Shown one piece after another: positions 1-13,559 of a stretch of 64,000 nucleotides of DNA. The notes beneath the pieces are model-generated. The model was given only the letters and a program-made list of their open reading frames with translations. It made no database searches and was not told where the DNA came from. A program made the translations under genes and the position numbers. The DNA comes from Octopus vulgaris (Eukaryota): the NCBI GenBank assembly GCA_951406725.2, contig OX597820.1:56358001-56422000 (forward strand). Reading direction: 5' to 3'. Each line of letters opens with the position of its first letter. Position 1 is the first letter of the stretch.

Positions 1-84
1 TGGATTAGTGTTTTATCAATATAACCAGTGTATTTAAGAACTCACTTATATCATATATATGTGTGTGTGTGTGTGTGTGTTTGT

Positions 85-332
85 GGAGGCACATGGCTTA
101 GTGGTTAGGGTGTCAGCATCATGATCGTAAGATTGTGGTTTCGATTCCTGGACCGGGTGACGCGTTGTATTCTTGAGCAAAACACTTCATTTCATGTTGG
201 TCCAGTCCACTCAACTGGCAAAAATGAGTAATGCTGCGATGGACTGGCGTCCCGTCAAGCTGGGGAACATATACACCATTGAAACCAGGAAACCAGGCCC
301 ATGAGTCTGGCTAGGCTTTAAAAGTGCGCATT

Positions 333-335
<3 letters not shown>
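85..335 (+). mobile_element. tRNA-derived SINE (family C; related copies near 5558-5897, 33440-33770(-), 35880-36200, 51678-51980)
   Basis: tRNA-like head with A-box (tggcttagtgg) and B-box (gtttcgattcc), followed by a body (ttgagcaagacactttatttc...ccagtccactcagctgg) that recurs across the window. Confidence 0.7.
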
Positions 336-379
<44 letters not shown>

Positions 380-624
380 GGATGCTGAAAGTTCCTGATT
401 TGGGGTTAAAGAAAATACAGGAGGATTAGTTAATTATGATTTTATTCAACATATTCCCCTCAGATTCACACACATATTGCAGTGGTCCTTCAGCTTTTCT
501 AAGCCCAGTAAAAGAACTGGAAAGTTGGGCCTCCAACTGGACCTTTCATGATATCCTTAAAGTCAGGAACTTTTCACCCCCCAATTATATGTATGTACAA
601 ATATATATATGCATACATATGAGT

Positions 625-1060
625 GCAGACATGGCTGTGTGGTAAGAAACTTGCTTCCCAACAAAAGGGCTTTGGGTTCAGTCCCATGCAGTACATTGGG
701 AAGTGTCTTCTGTTATAACCCCAAGCCAACCAAAAACCTTGTGAGTGGATTTAGTAGACAAAAACTGAAAAAAGCCTGTCGTGTGTGTGTGTGTTTGTGT
801 GTGCGTGTGTGTGTGTGTGTGTGTGTATGTTTGTCTGTCTGTGTGTCTTTGTATTTGTGTTTATCTTCCACCACACTACCTGACAACCAGTGTTGGTTTG
901 TTTACATTCCTGTAACTTATTGGTCCTCAAAACTAGACTGAAAGTATAAATACCAGACCCCCAAAATAAGTACTTGGGGTGGATTTGCTTGGCTAAACAC
1001 TTCATGGTGGAGCCCCTGTATGGCCACAGTCAAATGATTGAAACAAGTAAAAAATAAACT
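625..1060 (+). mobile_element. tRNA-derived SINE with internal (TA)/(TG) microsatellite (family A)
   Basis: Head ggctgtgtggtaag...gggttcagtccc, core gtgagtggatt...aactgaaa, internal microsatellite, tail ...tgaaacaagtaaaa. More than 10 copies in the window, e.g. 6336-6995(-), 12280-12670(-), 14996-15425(-), 16188-16596(+), 22678-24304(+), 26885-27213(-). Confidence 0.8.
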
Positions 1061-1120
1061 ATATATTATGTGTGTGTGTCTGTGCCTGTATGTATATATA
1101 TATGTGTGTGTATGTATATT

Positions 1121-1182
<62 letters not shown>

Positions 1183-1440
1183 CGAAACACGCATGGAGTT
1201 GAACTAGGGACTGCTGATGAAGGGGAATTTTCCTTGTATCGTTTGTCTTGTACTCTGTTTTTTCGTTGTTAAAAAAAGTCTGTTTCCATGTTTGTTTTTA
1301 CGTTTTCGTTTCTCGTTGAGTTCTATGTCTATTTGTGGTGTCCTGTACTCACATATATATATTTATATATGCATGTATATATACATGTAGATGTAGGTAC
1401 GTACATATATGTATGTATGCATATATTTTATTCATTAATT

Positions 1441-1471
<31 letters not shown>

Positions 1472-1791
1472 GTGTATGTATTATATATGTATATAGAATA
1501 TATACATATATATCTATATACATATATATATATCACACATATACATATTTAATACATGCATATGTATATATGTATATAGTAAATCCCCCAAAAAGATCAA
1601 CAAACACAAAAAAAAAACAATGCGAGGACATGGTACATGTAAAGTATTAGCAGACGCTCAGGGAAGGAAAAGAAGCCTCGTTTAACATTTTGAGCAATGC
1701 TCTTCTTCAGAAACAGGAAAATCCAATAGAAAGGAAGTCGGAGGAAGAAAATCGTCAACGATTCACATGTGGTTACATACACACACACACG

Positions 1792-1823
<32 letters not shown>

Positions 1824-1827
<4 letters not shown>

Positions 1828-2939
1828 ATTTAGAGAAAAACCTATTAAGCAATTCAATAGTGAAAGACGTTATTCACACCATATGGGAAAAAACTGAATA
1901 TACTATAAAAAAACAATTATTCTAAAAATCAATAAAGTACATAAACAATAAATAGTAAATTGACTACATAAGTTAAATTACTTATATAAGTTAGCTAATT
2001 TGTGTATATATATATATAAACCCTATCTTATGTTATTAATTGTAGTTATAATTTGTAGTAGTATAATGTGTATAAATTAGCACGAGATTATATAGTGTAT
2101 ATTACATAATTAGAATAAGATTAAACTAAGATGTTTATAAAATAAATAAATAAATTAAAGAAAATAGATTAAATTATAGAAATTTAGCTTAATCTATGTA
2201 TATTATGTATTTTACATATTTTAGTTTTAAATTATTTTGACTTTAAAAATTTCCAGTAAATGGTATATTACAGTTAGTTTTTTCTTATTCTCACAGCTAA
2301 AATACATTTTGTCATTTTAACAGCTTAAATACATATTTCTATCTATTTATTCTATAATTTTTATTTACGTCATGCTTACATGCGGTAAATTTCTTATAGA
2401 TGCTAAGTTCTACGTCTTACGTTTAAAATTTTAGTTAACAGAAATTCTTCGATAAGATAAGTTATAATTTTGTTTTAAGTAATATTGTTAAATTTTATTC
2501 GATTATTTATTGTTAACACACGTATTTTTCTATATTTATTTGGTAATTATTATAAGTTACATAAATTTATTTTATCATTTTTATTATTATTATTATCATC
2601 TTAGACCTGATGAGTGACTATATTTTTAAATAGAATTAATTTTAGTTTGATTTCATTCAAAATCAAATTGGTTTTATTATTATTATCTATTTGAATATAT
2701 AGCCACGAAATGTGCGTAGTCAATTTACTATTTATTGTTTATGTACTTTATTGATTTTTAGAATAATTGTTTTTTATAGTATATTCAATTTTTTTCTATA
2801 TGGTGTGAATAACATCTTTCACTATTGAATTGCTTAATAGAGGTTTTTCTTTAAATTATATACACGCATTATATATTGTGAAATTTGGTTTAGAATTGCT
2901 AAATTGAATTTTTCCCTGTAAGTTTGGAATTATATTCCC

Positions 2940-2940
<1 letters not shown>
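1824..2940 (+). mobile_element. Non-coding, hammerhead-bearing, probably Penelope-like-derived element with ~145 bp inverted arms (1824-1967 vs 2716-2862)
   Basis: Near-perfect inverted repeat read directly; hammerhead motif at 2604-2721; flanked by (TA)n and (ATT)n. Confidence 0.6.
2604..2721 (+). ncRNA. Type-I hammerhead ribozyme motif
   Basis: gac-CTGATGA-gtgactatat...atatagccac-GAAA-tgtgcg-TA-gtc: stem I gac/gtc, long stem II, short stem III (probably CpG-decayed ACGCGCGT), GUA cleavage triplet. Confidence 0.7.
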
Positions 2941-3002
<62 letters not shown>

Positions 3003-3096
3003 GTTGTGTAGGTATCAGTTAGAGGAGTTTAAAACCTCTAAGGGATAATTAAATCCAAAGGCACTCCTGGTTATTACCTGAATAGGTACAGTCCTT

Positions 3097-3142
<46 letters not shown>

Positions 3143-3330
3143 CATACAAATGAGGAATGCCTAAGCCTAGAATTCGTAGTGTACCACAATACTGCTGGCA
3201 TTAAGAGGAGATACTTGCCCAAGCTGCTACACAGGGAAACTGAACCTGAGCCCATATTCTTGAGAAGCAAACTTCTTAACCACACAACCACACCTTCACT
3301 TATGTATGTATGTATGTATGTATGTATGTA

Positions 3331-3368
<38 letters not shown>

Positions 3369-3770
3369 CATAGAGAGTGAGATGTATATATGAACATATA
3401 TACACACACATCATCCATTTTATATTATCTTGCATAAATACGCGTTTACTCTTCAATTATGCATACTTTCTTGTGAATACACTCACTGGCACATATACAC
3501 ATATATTTCCATACATAATTACACATTTGCACTTGCATATCCTTTTGTACTTCCTTAAGCAAATGCTCCATATCTTAAGATATATAGTGCATGTATGTGT
3601 GTGCACAATGATCTGAGTTTGTATGAGTCATATGTAATAAATAATAATGTCATGATTTCAGATCATGTTTAAAGCCTATTGGTTGTTTGAATCAACAATA
3701 TCTGCTGGATTGCTAGGCAATTGAGTAATTTATGCTTCAGCTATAGACTGTTAGTTGTATAGCATACATT

Positions 3771-3819
<49 letters not shown>

Positions 3820-3820
3820 T

Positions 3821-3853
<33 letters not shown>

Positions 3854-3889
3854 AGATATGATAATAGAGGATAAAAATAAACAAACACT

Positions 3890-4255
3890 GTAAGTTCATA
3901 GATTTTGCCATTCTTTATGATAGCAGAGTTTATACCAAAGAAGTTGAGAAAAATTGAGAGATAACGGGATCTTCTAGTCAGAGAGCTGAGGAGACTGTGG
4001 AGTACCAAGGTAGCAATTAGTCGTGTGATAATTGGTGCAGTTGGCACAATGCCCAAAATGCTACCTAAGAGACTGAAAGATATTGGAATTGAGACTTGCA
4101 TTGTCAACCTGCAGAAAAGTACCATCTTGCATTCTGCAAGAATCCTTTGAAAAATTCCTGAGATTTTAGATGACATGTTGTTGCCAAATCTGAAGATGAA
4201 ATACCTGCCAACAAAATTAGCATGTGCTCATCTAATAATGATTATAATGATGATG

Positions 4256-4310
<55 letters not shown>

Positions 4311-5295
4311 TAATAATAAACAAATACATAACAAAAACCAGGACTTACAAATATATATAACATACAGAAAATTGCACTACTGGGCACTGCACACATCCTA
4401 CGCAAAACACTTTCACTACAGTAACCATAACAGCATCACAGCAAACCACAGCCCATACCCAAGGCACACAGAGCTGTGCTCGGTAGTGAAGTGAAAGCAC
4501 GCTATAAAAATAGAACTACTGAATAATAGTAGTAGAAGTTAGTGAAGTTATGGTTTAAAATTCTACCACAAGGGCAGCAATTTTGGGATAGGGAATAAGT
4601 TGATTACCTTGACCCCAGTGTTCAACAGGTACTTATTTTATTGATCCCAAAAGGATGAAAGGCAAAGTTGACCTCGGCAGAAATTGAACTGAGAATGGAG
4701 TGAAATAATACTAAGCATTTCATCCAGCATGCTAACAATTCTGCCAGCTCGATGCCTTAATAATAATAATAATTATAATAACAACAACAACAAAATGCCA
4801 GAAAAGATCACAGAAAATGAGAAAGCAACTATGCTCTGGAATATGCCAGTACACACAGATAAAGAAATTAAGGCCAATAGGCCAGATATAGTTGTCAGAG
4901 ATCAGCAAGAAAAAATGCTTTCTAATCAATGTATCAATACCAACAGATGACCATGTTTCTCTAAAAGAAACAGAAACTTTCAAAATACAAAAATCTGTAA
5001 ATAGAGGTGACTCAAATGTGGAGTCTAAAAGCAGAAACAATTCCTATCATAGTAGTCGCATTAGGTATAGTAAAAAATATTCAGACAAGTACATAACAAA
5101 AACACCAGGACTAACAAGTATATATAACATACAGAAAATAGAACTTCTAGACACTGCACACATCCTATGTAAAACAGTTTCAATACAGCAAAAATAAGAA
5201 CATCAGAACAAACTACAGCATATACCCGCGGCACACACAACTGCGCTCAGTAGGGCAGTGAAAGCATGTGATAAAAATAAGACTATTGAATCATA
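3890..5295 (+). mobile_element. Three 3'-terminal fragments of R4/Dong-like (REL endonuclease) non-LTR retrotransposons (~3890-4235, 4316-4525, 4793-5295)
   Basis: Translations include ENEKATMLWNMPVHTDKEIKANRPDIVV, CFLINVSIP, IQKIELLDTAHIL and NLQKSTILHSARIL, typical of the REL domain/C-terminus; fragments are separated by (TAA)n arrays. Confidence 0.75.
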
Positions 5296-6047
5296 ATATT
5301 AATAATAATCCTTTCTACTATAGGCACAAGGCCTGAAACTTTGGGAGAGGGGGCTAGTTGATTACATCAACCCCAGTGTTTCACTGGTACTTAATTTATC
5401 AACCCCGAAAGGATGGAAAGCAAAGATGACCTCAGTGGAATTTGAACTCAGAATGTGAAGATTGGTGAAATGCTGCTAAGCATTTTGCCCGGTGTGCTAA
5501 CATTTCTGCCAGCTCACCACCTTAAAATAATAATAATAATAATAATAATAGTAATAAGGTGCATGGCTCAGTGGTTAGAACGTCGAGCTTGTGATCGTGA
5601 GGTTGCTAGTTCAATTCCTGGACCGGGCTGCATGTTGTGTTCTTGAGCAAGACACTTTATTTCGTGTTGCTCCAGTTCACTCAGCTGTAGAAATGAGTTG
5701 CGATGTCACTGGTGTCATACTGTATCGGCCTTTGCCTTTCTCTTGGATAACATCGGTGGCCTGGAGAGTGGAGTCTGGTATGCATGGGTGACTGCTGGTC
5801 TTCCATAAAAACAACCTTGCCTGGACTTGTACTTCGGAAGGTAACTTCCTAGGTGCAATCCCATGGAGATTCATGACTGAAGAGGGTCTTACCTCACCTC
5901 ACAATAATAATAATAATAATATTTAAGGATTGATGTTGCTCCTCCCGAAGGTAAAGGAACAATAAGAAGAGTATCGAAATGTCGAAATATTGTTCATTCG
6001 ATAACAGTTGCACTCTTCTTAATGTTCCTTTAATAATAATAATAATG

Positions 6048-6102
<55 letters not shown>

Positions 6103-6103
<1 letters not shown>

Positions 6104-6318
6104 CCTTTCTACTGGAAGCACAAGGCCTGAAATTTTGGGGAAGGGATTAAGCCGATTACATTGACCTCAGCGCGTAACTGGTATTAATTTTATCAACTCT
6201 GAAAGGATGACAGGCAAAGTCAACTTCGGCAGAATTTGAACTCAGAACGTAATGGCAGACAAAATACCGCTAAGTATTTTGCCCAGTGTGCTAACGATTT
6301 TGCCAGCTCGCTGACTTA
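6103..6318 (-). mobile_element. tRNA-derived SINE (family B; other copies at 4545-4760(-), 5310-5525(-), 10870-11105(+), 30288-30675(+), 35373-35605(+), 36220-36815(-))
   Basis: Recurrent consensus gcgagctggcagaa..gttagca...ctgagttcaaattc...gactttgcctttcatcctttc...aagtaccag. Confidence 0.8.
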
Positions 6319-6576
6319 ATAATAATAATAATAATATTCTTTACTCTCTCTTTTAGTCTACTACTTGTTTCAGTCATTTGACTGTGGCCATGCTGGAGCA
6401 CTGCTTTTAGTTGAGCAAATCGACTCCAGGACTTATTCTTTGTAAGCCTAGTATTTATTCTATTGGTCTCTTTTGCCGAACTGCTAATTTACGGGTATGT
6501 AAACATTGGTTGTCAAGCAATGTTGGGGGGACAAACACAGACACACAAACATATACACACACACATACATATATAT

Positions 6577-6777
6577 CAGTGGTTTTCAACCAGGGTTCCG
6601 CCAGTACAGTCCAGGGTTTCCGCAAGAAGTTACAAAACTGCTAAAATCGGCTGTAATTTTTAATTCTCCTGTGCAGATATGTGTGCATAAGACTATTAAA
6701 TTATTGCACAGGGGTTCCTCGAGCCAGTGGAATGTTTCCTTGGGGTTCCGCTCCAGCGAAAATGTTGAAAAGCACTG
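6577..6777. mobile_element. hAT-type MITE inserted in the microsatellite of a SINE
   Basis: TIRs cagtggttttcaac / gttgaaaagcactg; 8-bp flanking duplication atatatat on both sides. Confidence 0.8.
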
Positions 6778-6780
6778 ATA

Positions 6781-6828
<48 letters not shown>

Positions 6829-7570
6829 CATACAACGGGCTTCTTTCAGTTTCCGTCTGCCAAATCCACTCACAAGGCTTTGGTTGGCCCGAGGCTAAAG
6901 TAGAAGACACATGCCCAAGGTACCATGCAGTGGAACTGAACCCGGAACCATGTAGTTTGTAAGCAAGTTACTTACCACACAGCCACTCCTACGTCTATAA
7001 ACTCACTATCTTAATCGCTTTTTACTCACCATATTCTTCTTTTTTTACTTTCAACTGCTCAGGTTTTAAAGCTTCAGCATTCAGATATTACTCTGTCAAA
7101 CATAAAGCTTGTATATTCACGTTGTTTTAAATTAATTACGCATTAACTGATAGTTTCAAGCTTTTGATGGTGTGATTGTTTAATTTTAGAATGACATTTT
7201 AGGGCAGGTGTGAGAAACTAGATCTGACCAGTTTGAACGTACAAGAGATAGAATATTTGTGCCTCATATTTAAATGTTAGAGTGTTAAACTAAAAATGCT
7301 ATTTGTCTCATTTAGTTTCTTTTGTGTTGTTCTTTATAATGTTTATTGACATTAATTTATGTGTGTATATATGTGTGTGTGTGTGTGTGCATGTTGTATG
7401 TGTGTATGCATGCGTGTATGTGCATGTATTGTATGTATGTGTGCATGTGTGTGTATGAATGTGTGGGCGTGCATGTGTATGTATACATATATATATATAT
7501 AGAGAGAGAGAGGGGGGGAGAAAGACAAACACACATGTTGTTATTGCTATATATAAAGCAATAATAATAG

Positions 7571-7643
<73 letters not shown>

Positions 7644-8017
7644 TATATATACATGTATAAAGAGAGGGGTAGGAGCAAGAGATTTAGAGATAGAGAGAGA
7701 GCAACGATATTGGGGAAGATGGCGTAGATAATATGAAGAGGAGAGGAGATTCTTTGATGTTCTTGGTTTTGGTTCTATTGATCTGGAGGTTTCTGCTTCA
7801 AAATACTTTCCTGCATAAATTTTTACCTATATTCCCTTTACAGTTATTGTAACAGATGAAAAAAAAAGGCTGAAGCTATACAACTCTCAGTATTTTAACC
7901 TGCATATAGCTAAAATTATCAATAAGGAATCCTTTTTCCCCTACTCTTCATCTATTTCCACCTCTTTTTTAACAGTGGTAGTTGTAGTGGTGGTGGTGGT
8001 GGTGGAGGTGGTGGTGT

Positions 8018-8055
<38 letters not shown>

Positions 8056-8523
8056 AATAACAGCTCATTCTCTTCTTTTTCCTTATAAGCCCTATTTAAT
8101 TGTAATTTTATCATTTAGATAAATATCATATCTATTAATATGTACTTCCATCTAAGTCCTTTACTTGTTATTAGAATAGATAATAGAACTCTACTCTCTC
8201 TCTCTCTTTATGTATGTGTGTGCAATCATGTGTTTGTATATAAATATATATATACACACACACACACACAATATAAATGTGCGTGAATATATATATATAT
8301 ACACATATATATATAATATAAATGTGTGTGAATATATGTATACATATATATGTGTGCATATATAGATAGATGTATGTGTGCATATAAATATATATATATA
8401 CATATATATTTAATCACCAGTTGTGATCCTGATATTCTTGGTATAGAAAACACAGTAGCACTCAAATAATATATATGTTGTGTATCAAACCCAATCTGTT
8501 GTATTTAATTTGTTTATCTGCAT

Positions 8524-8603
<80 letters not shown>

Positions 8604-9461
8604 ATACATACATACATACATACAAATCAAAAGTAAAAAACAGGAAAAGCTGATAAAAGTAAATTAGAAATACCCAGTGAATATAAGTGAAAGTTTTAGA
8701 TGAGGAAAATAGGAGTGATGTTTCAAGCTTCATCAGAAAGAGGAAAAGTCCAGAGAGAAAGAAAAGGAGGAAAGAGCAGAGTCCAAGAAAAGCACATGTG
8801 TTGCGTATACACACACACACACACACACACACACATGCACACGCACACACACATGTATAAATGTGTGTATGCAGACACTATTTGAGCACTAGATATGTTC
8901 TGTACAGAAGACATGTAGTAGAGCTCTAATCTCCAAATTGTTCATCCATGATGAATTCTTCATCCAGAATTCGTCATCCAGGATTAAGAGAAATCAAAGC
9001 CAAGTTGATATGGAGCTAGTGATGCAAATAAACACAATTAGTCTTGACATACATACACACACACGCACAAATATATTTTGCTTAAAAATACAGAATGCTG
9101 AGAAGAGAATACATAGACTCTTAGCACAACACCTGTTTCAGGGAGCTTAGATTTATGTGTGCATGTGCATGATATGTCTATGTATGTACACACAAACACA
9201 TGCACACACACACATGCACACACACACATGCACACACACACGCATACACAAATGCACGCACGCACACACACACACACAACACACACACACACACATCAAT
9301 GTATTTAGTCATGCAAATATATATAGTGCATAGGTGCATATATATATAATTTGGTAAACCAGTATGTGATACACTTTCAATATTTTTAGTAAGTGTATAA
9401 TTCTTTGAAACCATTATTGATAGTGTGTGTGTATGTATATATATATGTGTGTGTGTGTATA

Positions 9462-10318
9462 CTGGGTGCGATGGATAAATTGTTGCCATTTTATATTTTT
9501 AATTTTGTGCATGTTCATTGTTTGTTTTTGATTTTGTCAGCTATATAGTATAGTAGGGGCAGTTGGGCACTGTCTGTGAGCAAAATAGCATCATGATGCA
9601 ATTCATCCTGCCAGAAATTTGGAAATGACATGCTGTACTGCTTAGCATTCACACTGGAAGCTTCAATACGAAGATTTCAGAGTGTTTGGGTGTCGATCTG
9701 AGGACATGTACAGAGAGTGATAAAAATCAAACACCCAGTCAACATCATGATATTTGGAGTGATCACTAGTGATGGTGATGCTATGTCTCCATTCATCTTC
9801 CCACGCAGCCTCAGACTCAACACAGAGGCCTACATCAAGGTCATGGAGGAGGTAGTGCTACTCTAGATCAGGAGGGTGGCTGCTTCAAGAACCTATGTCT
9901 GGCAACAGGGCTCTGCACCATGCCACTCAAGCAAGAGAACCCAGTCATGGCTGTCAGACAATTTCTGCAACCACACCACCCCTAACATCTGATCACCTAA
10001 CTCCCCAACTCCCCAGACTGCAGCCCCCTTGATTATTTTGTGTGGAGCGCAGTTGAGCGAGAGACCAAGATGAACTGAAGGCAAGGATTATGGCAACATG
10101 CGCCAACTTAAACAAGGATACATTCCAGAAGAGTTGCAGGAGATTCCAAAGTCATCTGGAGGCCGTGGTTGAAGCCAATGGCAATTTTATTGAATAAATT
10201 TACTCTTTAGTATTTCAAGATATTTTTATGTAATTTTGGTAAATATATGTTAAAATGAGATGTCAGTGTTATTTTCAGTTTTGCGTAATTTAGATAACAC
10301 TATATTCACTGCACCTTG
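9462..10318 (+). mobile_element. Degenerate, internally deleted Tc1/mariner-superfamily transposon (maT/DD37D-like)
   Basis: TA-flanked imperfect TIRs; remnant peptide KHPVNIMIFGVITSDG...WQQGSAPCH...SPDCSPLDY with stop codons. Confidence 0.75.
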
Positions 10319-11276
10319 TATGTATAAATACACACGCACACACACACACATATATATATATATATTCCGTTGTGATTATGGTTTCAATAATTAAACTATT
10401 TTTATGTGGGATTTTATAAAGTATTTTTGTTTTCCTATCTAATTATGTTTTGTGGTAAGTGGCATGATAACAGTAAATATATCACAAAATATGCCTAATG
10501 AAATTACATAAACTGCACCTAAAATCTGTTACATGAACCAGACGTACAAAAACTATTGAAAGGACAAAGATTTAATATAAAAACCCACGTAAAATGCAAC
10601 AAAAAATTCATCACATCCAATCATAAATTAAAACTAATAATATACTACAAAAGCAAGAAAAACTAAACTTTCCTTATTAATATCACACCAAAACTCAAGA
10701 ACAAACTGTGGAAGATAAATGGGATTTATATGTGTAAAACTTCAGGAAGTTGTAAACTTTAGGATATTAGCAGTTACATTGGCCAACACTTTTATCTAGC
10801 TCACCATGAAAGGATGGCTTAGTGATAGAAATGGTTATACGAAATGGTTATACAAAATGGTTATACAAAAGGTGGCGAGCTGGCAGAAACGTTAGCACGC
10901 TGGGCAAAATGCTTAATGGTATTTCGTCTGCCGTTACGATCTGAGTTCAAATTCCACCAAGGTTAACTTAGCCTTTCATCCTTTCAGGGTCAATTAAATA
11001 AGTACCAGTTACTCACTGGGGTCGATGTAATCGATTTGATCCCTTTGTCTATCCTTGTTTGTCCCCTCTATGTTTAGCCCCTTGTGGGCAATAAAGAAAT
11101 AAGAAATAGTTATTTGACAGGGTGCTGAAAAAGTTCTTGGTTTTAAGGGTATTGTGAAAGGTCTTCTGAGTTCTTTTTACAGGGCTTAGAAAAAGTGAAG
11201 GACCACTGCAATAAGTGTGTGAATCTGAAAGGGGAATATGTTGAGTAAAATCGTAATTAACTGATCCTCTTATATA

Positions 11277-11521
11277 TTCAGAAACATGACTTTCAGAAAC
11301 ATTTTTTCACGCTAAGAGTTGCTGAAGTATGGAACAAACTGCCAGCATCAGTTGTTAGTTATCGGAGCGCTGCATCCTTCAAAACTTCCATGCTTCCTGA
11401 GATTTGCCAACACTACACCTGATTTTCTCCCCTCCATACACATGCAAGCATGTATCTGACTCATACATTACTGCATATGCTTTATATGCACTTTTGACAA
11501 GTTGTGGTGTATACAATAATT

Positions 11522-11601
<80 letters not shown>

Positions 11602-11619
11602 GTACTGTATACAATAATT

Positions 11620-11658
<39 letters not shown>

Positions 11659-11660
11659 TT
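11277..11660 (+). mobile_element. 3' end of a CR1-group LINE (same family as 52113-54743) nested in a mariner-derived MITE (~11118-11690)
   Basis: Matches the 54520-54740 sequence (gagttgctgaag..tggaa.aaactgcc...ctacacctga); duplicated (ATT)n tail; MITE termini ggtgctgaaaaagttc / gaatttttcagcac. Confidence 0.7.
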
Positions 11661-11981
11661 TTAGCCAAAACCAGGAATTTTTCAGCACTTCATCATAGTG
11701 TTGAAAAGTCCTAAAGTTTTTAGCATCATCATCCTCTACTTTCATGTTCTCTGTATGCTCTATTTCAAATCTGTCTGGAATCAACTTTCATCTAAAAGAA
11801 AAATAAATTGTTGCCAAAAAAAAAAAATTGTAGCAAAAAAAAAAACATTGTAGTCTTACATTTTACTGTTGCAATGCAAGAAATTGTTTTTTTTTTTGTT
11901 TTGTTTTATGTTGTTGCTTTTATAATTTTATTTGCACTTCTAATTTTAAATTATTTCTGTTATCCTCAACTATATTTTCAG

Positions 11982-12046
11982 TGTGTATATACTTATAGCT
12001 GTTTCTGCATTGTTGTTAAGCTTCTTAGGTGCAATGGCAAACGTTG
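11982..12046 (+). CDS. Probable signal-peptide exon of the GH18 chitinase gene
   Basis: ttttcag| acceptor and |gtgagt donor; encodes hydrophobic VYILIAVSALLLSFLGAMANV; its phase-1 end (g) joins aa at 26101 to give Glu in frame. Confidence 0.6.
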
Positions 12047-13164
12047 GTGAGTCTTTTATACATTGCTCTAAGCATTTTGGTGTTATATGTCTGTTTGCCT
12101 GTTTGTCTGTCTGTCTGTTTGTCTGTTAGTTTGTCTGTATGCCCGTCTGAATGTATGTATATCAGATTAGGGCCATCGTACTTAATGAGGCAAAGAGAAA
12201 AATCAGATTAATTAATTAATACCATTATTTTTCATATGGGTCACATCCTCTGTGTAATTTTCTGTATATATTTTATCCTTCACTTGCTTCAATCATTGAA
12301 TTGTGGCCATGTTGGAGCACTATCTGGAAGGGTTAAGTTGAACAATTCAACCCCAGTGTTTATTTTTAAGCCTTGTGCTTATTTTTCAGTCTCTTTTGCT
12401 GAACTGCTAAGTTATGAGGATGTAAATGAACCAACACTGGTTGTCAAGTGGTGGAGGAAATGAACACGCATACACGCACACTCACACACACACACAAACA
12501 CACACACACACACACATATACAGGCAAAGGGCTTCCACACAGTTTCTACCAAATTCCTTCACAAAGCATTGGTTGGCCCAGGGCTATAGTAGGAGACACT
12601 TACCCAAGGTGCCATTCAAAACTAGACGGTTCCAAAATGAGCTTATTAACCACACAGCTATGTCTACACATTTACCTATGCATAAATTAGTTAACATCTT
12701 GTATACTAAAAGACATTAATTGTTTCTTTGGTACAACTATCAAAGAAAAAGAGGAAATAATTTCAAGAAATTAAGAATTAATCTCTCTTACATTCTTACA
12801 TTCTTAAGAGAAAATCTGATCTATGTTGGCAAGTGACAACTATGGATATTTATACAGATATTCTATAGAAACCTCAACAAGTGTTGTAAAGCGCACTGCT
12901 AACACAGTAGAACATGAAATTGACTTATAAAAACTTTTAGTATATTTTATAATATATTTTAGTTGTGTAATGAAATATCACGTCCCTACAAGTCATTAAT
13001 AACTGTTTTGATCTATTAGATCTGTTTTGATCTATTAGATCTCATTAGCCAGGAGTCTATCTTGGCCTGCCTTTTCAGTCAAGATAAATGTTATAAATAG
13101 TTTTTGGCTAGTATTATTTGCATATTCAAAGAAGAATATAAGAAAAACTAAGGGAGATAATTCA

Positions 13165-13539
13165 AACAAGAGCACTCAGAGAGCGCAAACCTCTGCCAAG
13201 GCAACACCAACATCCACTCAATGATTAGCCAGAGGTGATTTTTAAAATGTGAATATTTGACATAAACTTGATTGCTCTCACAAATGAAAATACTGGAAAT
13301 GAACCCAGCCACTCTCAAAAATTAAGTAAAAAAAAAAAGCAGAAAAATGATCTAGCATCCCTGTTTGGTACTGGATTGATCCCAAAATCTAATCAGTCCA
13401 TGCCAGTCATGAGGCCAAACATCCCTGAAAGTTTCATCTGAATCCATTCAGCAGTTCTTGAGATATCTTGTCCACGGACAAACAAACAAACAAACACGAC
13501 TAAAAACAATACCTCTGCCTTCGCTAAGGCGGAGGTAAT
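13165..13539 (-). mobile_element. Non-autonomous Helentron/DINE-like element
   Basis: Minus strand starts with hairpin tacctccgccttagcgaaggcagaggta, followed by a (GTTT)n microsatellite, a subterminal inverted repeat (ttggcagaggt) and terminal stem-loop gcgctctctgagtgc. Confidence 0.55.
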
Positions 13540-13559
13540 AAGCCTATAGCTTGGAACCC

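Noticed and set aside
85-160. tRNA-like A/B boxes here and at other SINE heads
   Set aside because: No full cloverleaf, and they are attached to repeated SINE bodies, so they are not tRNA genes
1179-1235. cGAAAC ... CTGATGA in type-II hammerhead order
   Set aside because: No NUH triplet or stem I/III pairing could be formed between the two motifs
436-9489. Many 60-140 aa ORFs rich in IY, CV, HT, poly-I, poly-N or poly-T (also elsewhere in the window)
   Set aside because: They are translations of (TA)n, (CA)n, (TAA)n and (GTA)n microsatellites or SINE bodies
10445-10460. ATGTTTTGTG|gtaagt as the chitinase start exon
   Set aside because: Its phase-1 end is incompatible with the 11982 exon and gives an early stop
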